A stretch of DNA of 64,000 bases, taken from Dimorphilus gyrociliatus (Eukaryota; Animalia; Annelida). The translations under genes were made by a program, and so were the position numbers. Below the pieces are notes generated by a model. The model did no database searches. It was not told the DNA's origin and saw nothing but the letters and a program-made list of their open reading frames with translations. Below, in pieces: positions 12,489 to 24,781 of this stretch. How positions within the stretch are numbered: position 1 is the first letter of the stretch; the number at the start of each line of letters is the position of its first letter. The stretch covers positions 2,342,504 through 2,406,503 of the forward strand of contig CAJFCJ010000003.1 of NCBI GenBank assembly GCA_904063045.1, written 5' to 3'.

Positions 12489-15418
12489 GATTCAAGAAAG
12501 TTTAACTTATATATTTTCTAATAATATTTCCTTTCTTCCTATTGAAAAGTATTATCCTAAGGTCTTAATTTAAATTTAACTATCAGAACTCTTTATAATA
12601 TTTTACTTATCGATTTCGTTGCGTGTTGACAATGTTATTTCTATTTAAGATGTTTATTTCCTATTCAAATAATAGATAACTCTTTATATATTTATAAATA
12701 TATACAATATTTAAGCACATAAAGTATATAAAATATATACTAATTATATACCAAATGCGTAGTATTTATCGTTCAAAATGTACACCAGATTAGACAAAGC
12801 TCCATCTGGCGGCTAATCAAGGTGGCGCTGCTAGGTTGTCAGTCTTAATCCAAACAGGAATCTTTGGTTTATTTCAAATCCAATTAGATTTAGTTGTGAT
12901 TAAGTAAAAAATCTGATGTGTCTCAGTAAGATCACGCAATATCAATAATGTTGGTGTTGAAATTGCGGCGGTATGCGTAAGGAATGAAAACAAATGATTT
13001 TTCGCAGTTTGTCTAAAATAAACTATATCGAACATCTTTCACTTTTGGCGGCTTTTTTTGATATGAACGATAAACTGGAATTTCTTTGGTATATTTATTA
13101 TGGCATGGGACTGAGGGGGGAGGGGAGAAGGTTAAAAAGAGAGGTGCAAAAGGGGCTTGTATATTTTTTAACTCGAGAAAGAAAAAGAAGAATAAAAGAA
13201 ATAATTATAAAGCTAATTTTTTTCCTTCTTTCCTTTGTTAATTTACGGTTTGAAAACTTTTCTGAAAAGGTAAAGAAAGATAATAAAAATAAAGGAAAAA
13301 GAAGGAATTCATTTAACTTTGTCACTTTGATTCACCGATTTAGCCAGATTTATGAGCCGAGATATCTTTAGTACTTAATGACTTATATTTCTTTATTTCT
13401 TTTCTTTTTGTGTTGTGTAGTTTGATTCAATTCGTTGACCTTTTTTTATTTTGTTTTGGTATTATTTGAAAAAGTAGGATAAATTTTTAATATTTGTCGG
13501 ATATAAGTTTTAACACTTGGTAGCGTCTTTATATAGAGTTTATATATATATATACAGTATATATTGAAATTTAATAGAAAAGATATAATCAATGAATGGA
13601 ATGAGCTTCTTTGTCAGATATATATTTCCATATACCGCATAGTAATAAATATACTTTCTCTCTCTCTATCTATCTCTTTCTTTCTATCCATTCTCTAAAC
13701 TATTGCAGTTAATAACTTCTTCATCAAAACTATTTCTTTCATAATACTGTTTAGGCCTAGTAGTAAATATTTCCTACATTTATACTATATACAGTAGCTA
13801 ATAATAGATTCAATTAATCAAAGATGGCGTATATAAGCTAATTCTTAATTAACTTTACTTAAATATTCTCTCTCTATCTAGGTGAGAAGCGTAAATGTTT
13901 ATTAGAAGATATTTAAGAAGTAAAAGTAAATTGGATATACGTCGAAATTTAATCAGAATACTTTTAATTAATCTATTAAGCTATTTGGTAAATGAATTAA
14001 AGTGACAATTGCTTTTGAAAAGCTAATTTATAATTTTCTCTTATATTTATAAATAATTAGGTTTCTATATTAAAACTTTCAACTAGAAATTGGTATATAC
14101 AATTTCAAAGAAACAAATAATAATAATTCGTAGTGTAATATAACACAAACCAAATGAAAACAGTCTGATACAAGCTCATCAGTAAAACCTTGTAACTATT
14201 TTAGGAGATTACATTTGATGTATTTGCATATAAAACTTGTTCTTTTCATTACTCAAAGTATCTATTTTATTCTTAAATAAGAACCATACCATTATTATCA
14301 ACTGTAGATTAAATACTTGTTGAATCTTATTCCAATGTTCTTTTTTTTCTTAGGTTTTCTCTCTCTCTTGTTTCTTTTTTACATATAATTAAAAGTATAT
14401 TAATATAATAGAAAAGAGCATATTTTATTCTTCTACAATCATTCATTATATACAATATTTTATTAAAATACGTTATCCAGATTATTATTATTATATTATT
14501 ATTATTATTATTATTTTTAGAATTGAAGCGACACCTACATCAAAAATAATATTCCAGTACTAATCCCAACTATTTAATTATAGAGGGGAGAAATTTTCTT
14601 TTTTTATGTACAATTCTGAAAGAAAAGGAAATATGTCCCGAGTTGAAAAATTTTATAAATAGCTTCTTTCTACCTTACTTAAGCCTATACCCTATGGTCG
14701 AAATATAAAAAGTAATTACATACTCTACCCCTATAATAGGGTCTAAACAGCTTTCGAAATTGTCAAAAAATTTAAAACCTATAATTTGAAGTGAAAGATA
14801 GTGAATCATCAAAAGTCGAGAGATATATATAAATAAAATAAAAAGTAGGCATATTTCAATAAAAAAAAACCCCATGCTACTTCTCCCCTTTCCTTTCTCC
14901 TTTAAAAAATTAGAACGTATAAAAAGGTGGGCCCCCGAAAAACGTTATAAAAACTTCGTACGGAAAAACTATTAATATGCAAATAAGCTTTTCAATGTTA
15001 ATAACGTGATGGCCGAAAGGGACGCGGCGTGGCGCTTCGGATAGAAAAACAGAAAAAAGTGAGAGACACAGATAGAATTGAAGAGCGAGAAAAAGCACCA
15101 TTCTACAGCGCAGCCGTCTGCGGCGCACATTTAAAACTTTCTTGTGAAACTTATAAAGAGATACTTATTATATACATATAAATAAACCTATATATACATA
15201 TATATATATATGTATATATGTATACATATATGTATGTATACATGAATGTGTATTAATTTATGTAAAGGAGATATACGAAAAACCTATACATCTATTAAGA
15301 GGAATACGAACCCTGAAAAGCAGAAAATTCTCAAATTTTGTTTGAAAAAAACGGAAAATTCTTTTTTTTTAAATTAGAAGAATATTTTATTCTTCAGAAT
15401 TGTTTGGCTTAAAGAAAT

Positions 15419-17546
15419 ATGCAAATGAGATACTTATTCGTCCTAATTGTTCTGCTACTACTACTCAACTCTTGTTCAGCAAGGAAGAGGAGAAAACGAG
15501 GCGAAAAAAATGCTGGTAAATATCGTTATTTATTTACAAGGGGAAATTAAAAGGGAAAAGCAGGAAAATTGATGCTGGGGAATTTAATTGATTAGTCTAT
15601 CGAACTTCGGTGGCTCCTATATCTCAAAGATCGTAAGCGTGAAGATAAGGCCGAAAATTTTTAGCATAGCTCAATCTTAGTGGTCGATTCGAGTCTTTTC
15701 TTCTTTTTTCTATCCTGTTTTATTATTCAATGAAATGTAATTGAAAGGTAAATTTCTACTTAACTGTAAGTACTCTATAGGTATTAATATATCATTGTAA
15801 TATTATAGTATGAAAATATGATGAAAATTTTAGAAATCAATAATGAATAATTCAATAGACAAAAAAATCTATTTTTTACGATTTTTATCGTCACCCCACT
15901 ATTTAAAAATCAAGTAAAAACAGAGAGAGAGAGAGAGAGAGAGAGACAAAGAGAGATTTATTGGTTGTTTTTACAATTTTTTCAATTCAAAGGGATGGTA
16001 TAAAAGTGGAGGATAACTCTTGTCATAATATTTACTAATCAATAAATTCGATAATGGGTTAAAATTAAAAAAACTGCTTCCATTCTGATATGCCTAATAT
16101 AATTTGATTGATTAAACGCTATCACATAAAGAACTGGAATAGGGTAAGAACCAAGGCAGGGTGGGGGAGGGGGGGTGGAGGCGAAGGAAGGGTTGGAAGC
16201 TTTTTTGGAGTAGTCTTTGAGTGGATTGTAATTACGACAGCTAATTACGTACCGTAAAGCTTATACTCAGTAATAAAGTAATAAGGTACTTATCCTCAGG
16301 ATCTTTTTTTAAAATTATGTTAAGTATAGAAATCTAATATTTTTTTTTCTTTATATATTTTCTCTTCTTCTGATTGCACAAAAAATTAATCTATAAAACT
16401 CTTCTAAAAGCTTATAACTTTCAATGGAACTTTACTAATGGTCACCAGTTAAGGTACTCACTTAGTAAAGACGAAAGAAAAACAACTGAAAATAACATAA
16501 GACTTCAATAAAATGTATAGGCTTAAGGAATATATAATTTTTTTATTTATACGCTGCAAAATGAATAAAAAATCTATTAGGGGAAAAAGAAAAAGTAAAC
16601 CCAACTTTCTTTATGGTATTTATACTGTAATTTCTATCTAATTTTCTGCTCGTGATTACTCTGAAAAAGTCAGGTATATACAAAATAGGCCTAAAGAGAT
16701 CAATGGGGATAATTTTACCCAATTCAACATTTATGTTTTCGTGTTTTTTTACTATCCGCATTCCTAAAGATCCAAACGTACTACGACAATTTATTATAAT
16801 ATAGGTAATAAGACTTTTACTGGTAAAACTTGTCATTGTAAAAATGAAAGACCCCTTTTATAAAGCTCACCGGGTGGAATCAGGTGCAAAAGTAACCTTT
16901 TAAACTGTTTTTATTCAAAATTTTGTATTTAGAATGCATTGCGGAGCTTAATTGATTATTGTTGTAATGTTAACAGGTAAAAAAAAAGAGATAAAAAAAC
17001 TTTTCCCCGTCTCTATTACCTGTTAAATCTGCATCTCACCCTCCCGTCGACTATCATCTTTTTCGTGTCTCTTTCTCTGTCTGCCTGTCTGTCTCTCTGT
17101 CTCTCTCCCTCAGTCTCCGGCTCCCTCCCTCGACTGCCATTAAATAGGTTTATTAAAAGATGACCCTTTTCAATTCATAAATAGATGTCAGCCTCAGGGT
17201 ATTTTTTGTAGCTGGCAAATAATCTCTTTCCAAGAAATTTACAACAAATGAATTTTTTTTATTTAATTATCTTCCTCCTTTTTTCCCTTTCCCTTTTTTG
17301 TATATAATTTAATTTAAGGAAAATAATGAACAAGGAAAATTCTCATTGTTTCTCTCCTCTTTTTTATTATCCAGTAACAATTTCTTATTTATTTCCTCTT
17401 TGATTCAAACTTTTGAATATTTTACTTTAAGAGCTGCTAATCAGGGGATTATTTACGGTAGAGAGGGTAAAAATAAATAAGATTATCACTTTATCGTTTT
17501 ATACACTTCGTGTCCTCTAAAAAATGTATAAGGTTAGGAGAGGTGT

Positions 17547-17593
<47 letters not shown>

Positions 17594-20500
17594 AAGAGAA
17601 AGGAATTGGAGAATAACTTTCACTTTTTTGTTTGTAAATAAAAAATGATTGAAGAGGAAAAATATTTTTTTTTGAGATTGCATCAATAGATCTGTCATAA
17701 TATTATAATGATGAGGTATTGAAGAAAGTTGAACAAAGGTTATTATTCATAAAAAAGGGAACATTTGGCAAACGTTCTATTGAACACCTTCTGTTAAAAA
17801 GACATCATTCTTTTACAAGATTGCGTGACATGTCCATGCTATTTATCATTTCTGGTCGTTTAGAAAAACCCATCTGTTTAATACTCGAATAGGTCCTTTG
17901 TTTAGTTATTACTCATTTATAACAAAGATATTTAATTTCTATAAATGATATCATATTTATAAAAATTGACGTTTTTTCTTTTCTTTTAACTTTAAACCAT
18001 TAAATTCTTTACCTAATAAAGTTTTTATATTGTGTGTTTATTAAATCGAGTTGTAATTCTTTTTCTTTTATCTAGAACTCTATTTTGACATTTTGAACGC
18101 TCATGAATATTTATTAACAATTCACTTTCTATTCTCATTTAAGCTGAACTATTTAAATATTCATAGCTTTTTGTTCAAGTGTTGTAAAATTCAGTAATGC
18201 AAGGGTTTTCTCTTATAGTTTTTTCCTTCACCTTGATTTTTTTCCCTTTGTCTTTGCCTTCTATATAGGTTATACTGTCTATGTATAAATAAAAAAAAAA
18301 GAAATTGCACCTGCTTATTATAGAGGTAGAAAAAAAAATTAGAGGAAATTAGAGAGCATCTATTAAACCTAATTAAGCTAAATTACTATAATTGGTTTTT
18401 CGTTACGTATTTACAACAATAAGTAGAAAATTCTTTTTTAATATTTTCTGCAATTTTCTTATTAACCTAAGATAAATAGAATTTTTACTTATGTCGATTC
18501 TCATTATACATAGTGCTTTTCTCCATATTATTACAGAAATTGCTTATGTAGGCCTATATAGTGGAAAAAATAAGGGAGGGTAAAATAGAGGCTAGAAAAC
18601 GAGGCTTTGTGAAAAAGGAAAAGGAGGAGGAGGAGGAGGAAAGAGAGAGAGAGAGAGAGTGAAAAGTTTTTTTTTTATTTTTGTTGTAACTAACTGTTTA
18701 TACTTAAAGATTTTTTTTCAAATGTTAGGTCACTGTTTGTTTTTCACTTTGTACCATTCCGTTCTACTATTTGATGGGTTGTTTTTTCAATTATTTCTCA
18801 AAAACCAATCTTTCCAAAAGGACTTATCCGATAAAAAAAAACTTGAGTAGGATGATGGATAACTCGTTAGCATTTTTCAGCTTAGTAGAAGAGATAAAAA
18901 TCAAAAATAATTTGTTATTTATTAATACAAGATTTAAATTGTTTATTCCAAACTATATATTGTACAAATCCCTGTTTTATTACTATACGTTGAAGATTTA
19001 TTGCCTTTTATTATTATTTAGTAATAACTGTTTATTATCAGTCACAAAGGTTATATAAAGAAAGGTCTATGAGATAAGAGGAGTTATGAAAGTAATGTAA
19101 CTGGTAAAGCACACTTTTAAGTACGAATTAACTAAGAAACAATTTTTAGTGACCAATAAAGCTATTAAATAGTATTTATACGTAATTTAATATCTTTCCT
19201 ATATGTATTTAATGATTACGTAGGATAAATATTTACAATTCTCAAATATTTTAAACAAATATTCGAAAGGAAGCTAAAATCAACTGAAAAAAAAAACAGA
19301 AAAAGAGTTATCGGAAAATGTACAATAGGGCAAAGAGGGAACAGAGACACAGACATAGACAGAACAGAAAGAAAAACACTGGCACCCGCCAAACCATGAC
19401 GAAATTTGAATGAAAGAAAGAATTAGCAGGGGGTGAAGGAGATTTCAATACGGCGATTCGGCTCTATACAAACATACGAAGCGGTTTTATTAACTAGATA
19501 TTTTTTGTAAATTCTTTACGGTGGGTCATTTATCATCGTTATTAAAAGCGCTTATTCATTTTGAATAGTTTTACGACTTCTTTTTTTTAGGCCCAGGCAC
19601 CTCAACCTTAATCGAATAATAGACTAATCTAATTAAGTTAATCGAATTGTAAAGGTCGAGAGGTTTTTTTTATTTAATTTCATTAAGTCCAATGTCGGTA
19701 AAGGATAAAAAGGAAAATCAATTTGTTTATACATAGACTATTTTAACAAGTTTATTTGTATTGTATTAAAGAGAAAAGTTTGAACAAAAAAACAAGTGTT
19801 TTCCTTCAACTCAATAAAGGCGAGCAAAATGTTAGGATTGATCAATAGCATATTAGTGATTTTCAAACCTTTCAACTTTGACCTTTTTCTTCTGTAATAA
19901 ATTCCAATAAATCCCAGCTTGATCCATTTCCTATGTTATAATTAATATTTTCTTTTCTTTTTTTCTCCTTCTCTCAGGGAAAAGAAACTCCGAAAAAAAA
20001 GTTGATGTATCGAACCCGGCCGATTACATCTGGGCAAAACACACGGTCGCTGCTGGAGATACTGCAGTATTACATTGCAGTTTCGATGCCATGTACCCAA
20101 CATATTATGCGTATAAATCGGTAAGTTCCGTTTTTTTCTCTCCTTCCATCAGCTCTTTCCTCAAGGGAAGAAAATAAGAGAAATAAATCATTTTACGTAA
20201 TTGGCGAATTGAATTGGACGGACCGTAAACATTGGTTTTTTTTGCATTATAAAAGATGTCGATTGTAATAGAAGCATTACTTAGAAATATAGAATGAATT
20301 ATGCTAATAAGTTAACATCCAATCCACACGAAAGTAACCTTTGTGATGGAGATGAGCTTGTAATTAAATTAATTTTGTTTTTGGATAAATGATTAATGAA
20401 GTAGGGACGCAGCACGCACGAAATATATATATATATATAGATGTATATCTTGGTTATCCCTCCAAGTAATAATCGCAATCTTCTTCTATATACTCAATGG

Positions 20501-22048
20501 GAAGAGAGAGCGAGAGAGAGAGAGTAATTCTCTCTATTATTAAAATAATATTAACTAAAAAAATTTTCATTATCTTGACATTAAACAGGTGCGATATTTT
20601 GCAAACTAAATTTATTTACAATAACAGAACTTGGGTATTTCTCATTCGTTTTGAGTTTACGTTTAGAATCGTCTAGACATATATATATAAATTGTATATA
20701 TAATATTAAATTAAATATAACTTTATCGAAAGGGATGTTGACTGTACTCTATACAATAATATTCGTCCTATATCACATATACAGTAAAAGATTTACATAA
20801 CTCTTTTTAACGGTATATATTCCTTTTAGAAAATAGAAAAAGTGAACAAAGTATATTTCATATAGTCGTACAATATATAAATATATTTAGGAAGTAAAGT
20901 TCTTAAATAAATTGCGTAAATATAATTAAAGGAATAGGAAACTAATCAAAGTATTAACCTATCTTCCCATTTTCATATAAAGACTCTTATAAACTTTTGA
21001 CAAACAATCTCGCATTACTCACAATGTTATACGGCTGAATAAACTTATGCAAATATAAACAGAAATACAATATTTTTGCGTGAAAAAAGGAAGAGAGTAG
21101 GCTAGATATTTAACGGAAAAAGAAAGAATATGAGGCGGGGCAGGGAGGGGAGAATTGTTGAGATTGGCTGATAAGGAGATGATATTTTAAGATTTATAGG
21201 GCTATATTTTTGAATTGTACCCCTGGAAATTGAAATATAACCCTGAAAAAATAATAGATTATGAAGAAAATATACAAAAAGTTACACTCATAAAACAAAA
21301 AGAAAAAGAATAAAGAAGATATTTAGAACCACTTCCGAAAAGAAGCTTAACATAAGCATTCAATCGTTGCAAGCCGTCTAGTGTTACAACACTACAAACT
21401 TTTGCAGTAGGCTTTTAACAGACTCCAGCGACTGGAGCCAGATAGCAAAATCTACAAAGACTTATAAACGCAACAAAATAGTACTTAAAAGAGTCATAAT
21501 AAAAGTATTAAATCTTTTTAAAACTTAGGTTAATGCATAAAATACTGCAGTACTGTGGTTGTTGTACTATTTTCCAAGTTAAATCTACTGCATCAGGTGG
21601 CTTGAGTTACGTGATAAACGAACTGAAAGCATTTCATATTCATATACTTTTTTCATCCTAACCAACCTCTTAATTTATTCAAGTTTTCTTTCTTTCTTTC
21701 CTTTCAATTATTATTCCCTAATAGATCGACTGGACGAAAGAACCTCATGAGAAGAGCGGAAAGGGGAAATTGTTGGCTACAGGAGATAAGATGGTGTACG
21801 ATAACAACAATCGATACAGGTGAATGATGAAAACGTTTTGCAGTTGATTAGTGGGGTGCGAGAGATGTTTACAGTGTGTTGCGGAACCGCCGAGGGGCAA
21901 TACAAAGCCACGTGACTTTATATTTTATTCTAAAAAGTTTAAGTAGATAAGTGAAAGGTAGAAAGTGAAGAAGTAAAGAGAGAGAGAGGGGGGAAGGGGG
22001 ATGGAGAGGAAGCGGGAGGGGGGAACACGGAGAAGATAATTAGGTTTC

Positions 22049-22081
<33 letters not shown>

Positions 22082-24781
22082 AAGAGAATATAAAATAGTA
22101 TAATCGTAAAAAGAATTTTTAAGTTCGTATCCGTTTAGTTCTGCAAACCTTGAAGAAGAGACAGACAAAAATAGGAAACGTATGCGAGAATGATTAAACT
22201 AAATTCGAGTCTTTCATTTTGTACAAGAATATTAGAATTTCTCTTTTATTGCCTTAGAGGCCTTTTAAATAAGTGACAGTTGAATAAGACAGTTGCGTAA
22301 TTCAAATAAAACGATTAAATTAGAAAAACGTAGAATGGGGGGATTCTTTGCCTAAGGTTAAAGTTAATGGAAATTTTAAAAGAGAAGACCTTCGTGTATT
22401 TGTTACTCTCCCTTTTATTATTCGTTGCTTCCGCTTTCCCTATCTCTTTCTTTCCTATTTTTTGACCACGCCCTCTTCTCGTTACCCTCACCTTTTATCC
22501 CTTATACATGATCGATAACTTTTCGGTCTACTTTGGCAAAGTTTCTTTTTATCAATATCTAAGGAAGCAAGGCGAGAAAAGGCAAAGAATTAGTCCGGTA
22601 AAAAGAAAGATGATCCCCTATGAGGGAATTGTTTGGCAAAGAGATCCTCGAAAAAGAAGCAAACCTTTAAGCCTAGTCATCTATTAAGCACTCATCTTAA
22701 ATTTCCTTTCTTGTCATTTGCATCGTTTTTCTGATACTCTAAAACTTGTATGGAAATATACATTGGTATAGGATTACAGTATATACTCATCAAATTTGTA
22801 TTAAAGAGTATTTCAGGCGGAAATTACTATCTAAATTTTGTTTTAATCAATCAGAGTCTTCACGCCAAGTGGAACAGCTCTGTCCGTCTTAATTATCAGG
22901 AGAGCAAAGAAAAGCGACTCGGGATTATTCAGGTGTAATCTGAGCGATTCTGGACACAGGCACAAGTATTTGCTACTGAATGTGACAGGTGAGAAAATAT
23001 TTGGCAGTTGGGGGATTAAAAGAGTCAGTTAGCGCTGATGGATTAAGGATTTATTTAATCTAGCTCTTTTTTCGACCTTATTTTTAAAAAATTCTCTGTC
23101 TTCTCTTTGATAGATATTATATACTAATATTTTATTCAACGATTTTCATATAATGGAAAAGGAGTTATATTACCTCAATATAGTCAATTGTTTATTATAT
23201 CTAATCCCTGCTATGCAATTATAACAGATTCCAGTATTGAAGCCCAAACTAGCCCTGACGAGGTCAAGGGTTATGTAGGTGAAAATGTGACATTGTGGTG
23301 CAATGCTACTGGTTACCCGCGTCCAATGATTTATTGGACAAGAGAGAACTCTCACGACAAACTTCCGGATGGAACCTATCAGCATTGGGGTAATAGTTTG
23401 CAAGTTTCAAATACTAAGAAAACTGACGGAGGAAGTTACCTATGCTACGTTGACAATTTTGTTCAACCTATCATGTCGTACGTCTTCAAATTAAAGATCT
23501 TAAATAGTAAGTAGTGCCATCTAGTAAAGAAACTTCTTCTTTTATTGTTTACTTTTCATTAAGTTAATATTGACAATGTAAATTAATAGTGGATCAATTA
23601 ACAATGCGAAAATTAGCACCTTTTTTCATATCTATCTTTTTCCAACGTTCAATAGAGGAAACTAAGGCGAAGTTTGAAGCGGAGATGTTCAGGTACGATT
23701 CACCGAAGTTGTACGTTGGAGAGAACATGAAACACGCTCCTCCACCTGTGAGGGGCAGGGCTTACATCTTAGTCTATAAGATGTATATGGAAGATTATAA
23801 CCCGAACATGAAAATACACATGACCTGGTTTAAGGAAAACAAGAAACTGAAGAGATATTCCAAAAGGTTTATGATTCTGGTATGTAATTACTTACAAGTT
23901 AGATTTTAGCCTATGCTTGAATGTTTTGACGAAGTGATAAGGCACTCGTAAAATTCCCCCCAGGGCTTCTTTAAAAGCCGTTTTTCTCTTATTTTTCACC
24001 GGGATCATTGAGGGAAAAAAACATAGGCGGTAAAGGGGTGGAATTTTTCCTAAAAAAGAGATATTCCAAGTATTTACTGAATGCCTGTGAAAAAAAAGAA
24101 TGTTTCTAAGGATAACCTAATTCCTTGAATACTTTACTTATTTTTTTTAAATCTCATAATTGAATAAGTATGCCTGGTTTTTTTTTATTGTACCTAATTG
24201 TTTGCAGGATTATACGAAATCTTCTAAACCTTATCGGGCCGAGTCGACGTTAATCATACGAACGTTTGATAATATAGACAATGGAAATTATATCTGTCAT
24301 TTTCAAACTGAAAACCTCTCCAATTGGCAAGTTTTCAAAATGCATAAAAGTAAGAAGTTTTATATTTTATATGCGACTAGGCTGATTGAATTCTTATTGG
24401 ATAGCTTTTAAAAAAAAGGAGGCCGAGTACCAGTATGGTACCGAAAATTTTACAATTAAAGATAGAAATAGACACCTGTCGTTTCCGTCTTATGTTAGTT
24501 ATTCACTTAAGCGTAAAACTAGAGCTTTATTCGCTTATTTCCCAAAAGGCTAATACGAAAATGCCTACATAGGCAATCTGTTGTTCAAGAATTTATCCAA
24601 ACTTTCATTTATATACTTTCTATCATATTTTTTAGAGCCTATTGATCCTAATCCCCCTTTCGGACCGACTCCTTCGCCTACACCAAAGGTGGAATTGGTG
24701 AAAACTAAAATGCCGAAAACGGAAAAGTTGTATTCAATGGACGACGAAGATTTTGCTGATGAATCTTCTGGACATAATTAG
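15419..24781 (+). CDS. Secreted three-Ig-domain protein, lachesin/amalgam/DIP-like (8 exons, long introns)
   Basis: Approximate exons: 15419-15515 (signal peptide MQMRYLFVLIVLLLLLNSCSA), 19978-20120 (AVLHCSF), 21724-21820 (IDWTKE), 22855-22989 (DSGLFRC), 23229-23506 (VTLWCNATGYPRPMIYWTR...DGGSYLC), 23655-23880, 24209-24349 (DNGNYIC), 24617-24781. All joins are GT-AG and phase-compatible. Confidence 0.8.
15922..15946. repeat. (GA)n microsatellite
   Basis: AG dinucleotide run in intron 1 of the Ig gene. Confidence 0.9.
17549..17587. repeat. (GA)n microsatellite
   Basis: About 19 AG units in intron 1 of the Ig gene. Confidence 0.95.
18623..18659. repeat. (GGA)n + (GA)n compound microsatellite
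   Basis: ggaggaggaggaggagga followed by an AG run. Confidence 0.9.
22055..22077. repeat. (GA)n microsatellite
   Basis: AG run in intron 3 of the Ig gene. Confidence 0.9.

Noticed and set aside
12994-13371. 125-aa ORF and its antisense ORF
   Set aside because: Low-complexity purine-rich non-coding DNA with no domain or splice support.
15094-15111. RE1/NRSE-like AGCACC...ACAGCGC upstream of the neural Ig gene
   Set aside because: The spacer is wrong, the GG core is missing, and I do not know REST from protostomes.
15416-15432. 17-bp identity (AATATGCAAATGAGATA) with the U1 promoter octamer region
   Set aside because: It overlaps the Ig start codon and no snRNA-like sequence follows at the matching distance. 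It may be a POU site or coincidence in AT-rich DNA.
15664-15695. tRNA-like A box and B box fragments
   Set aside because: The boxes are too close together and there is no cloverleaf.
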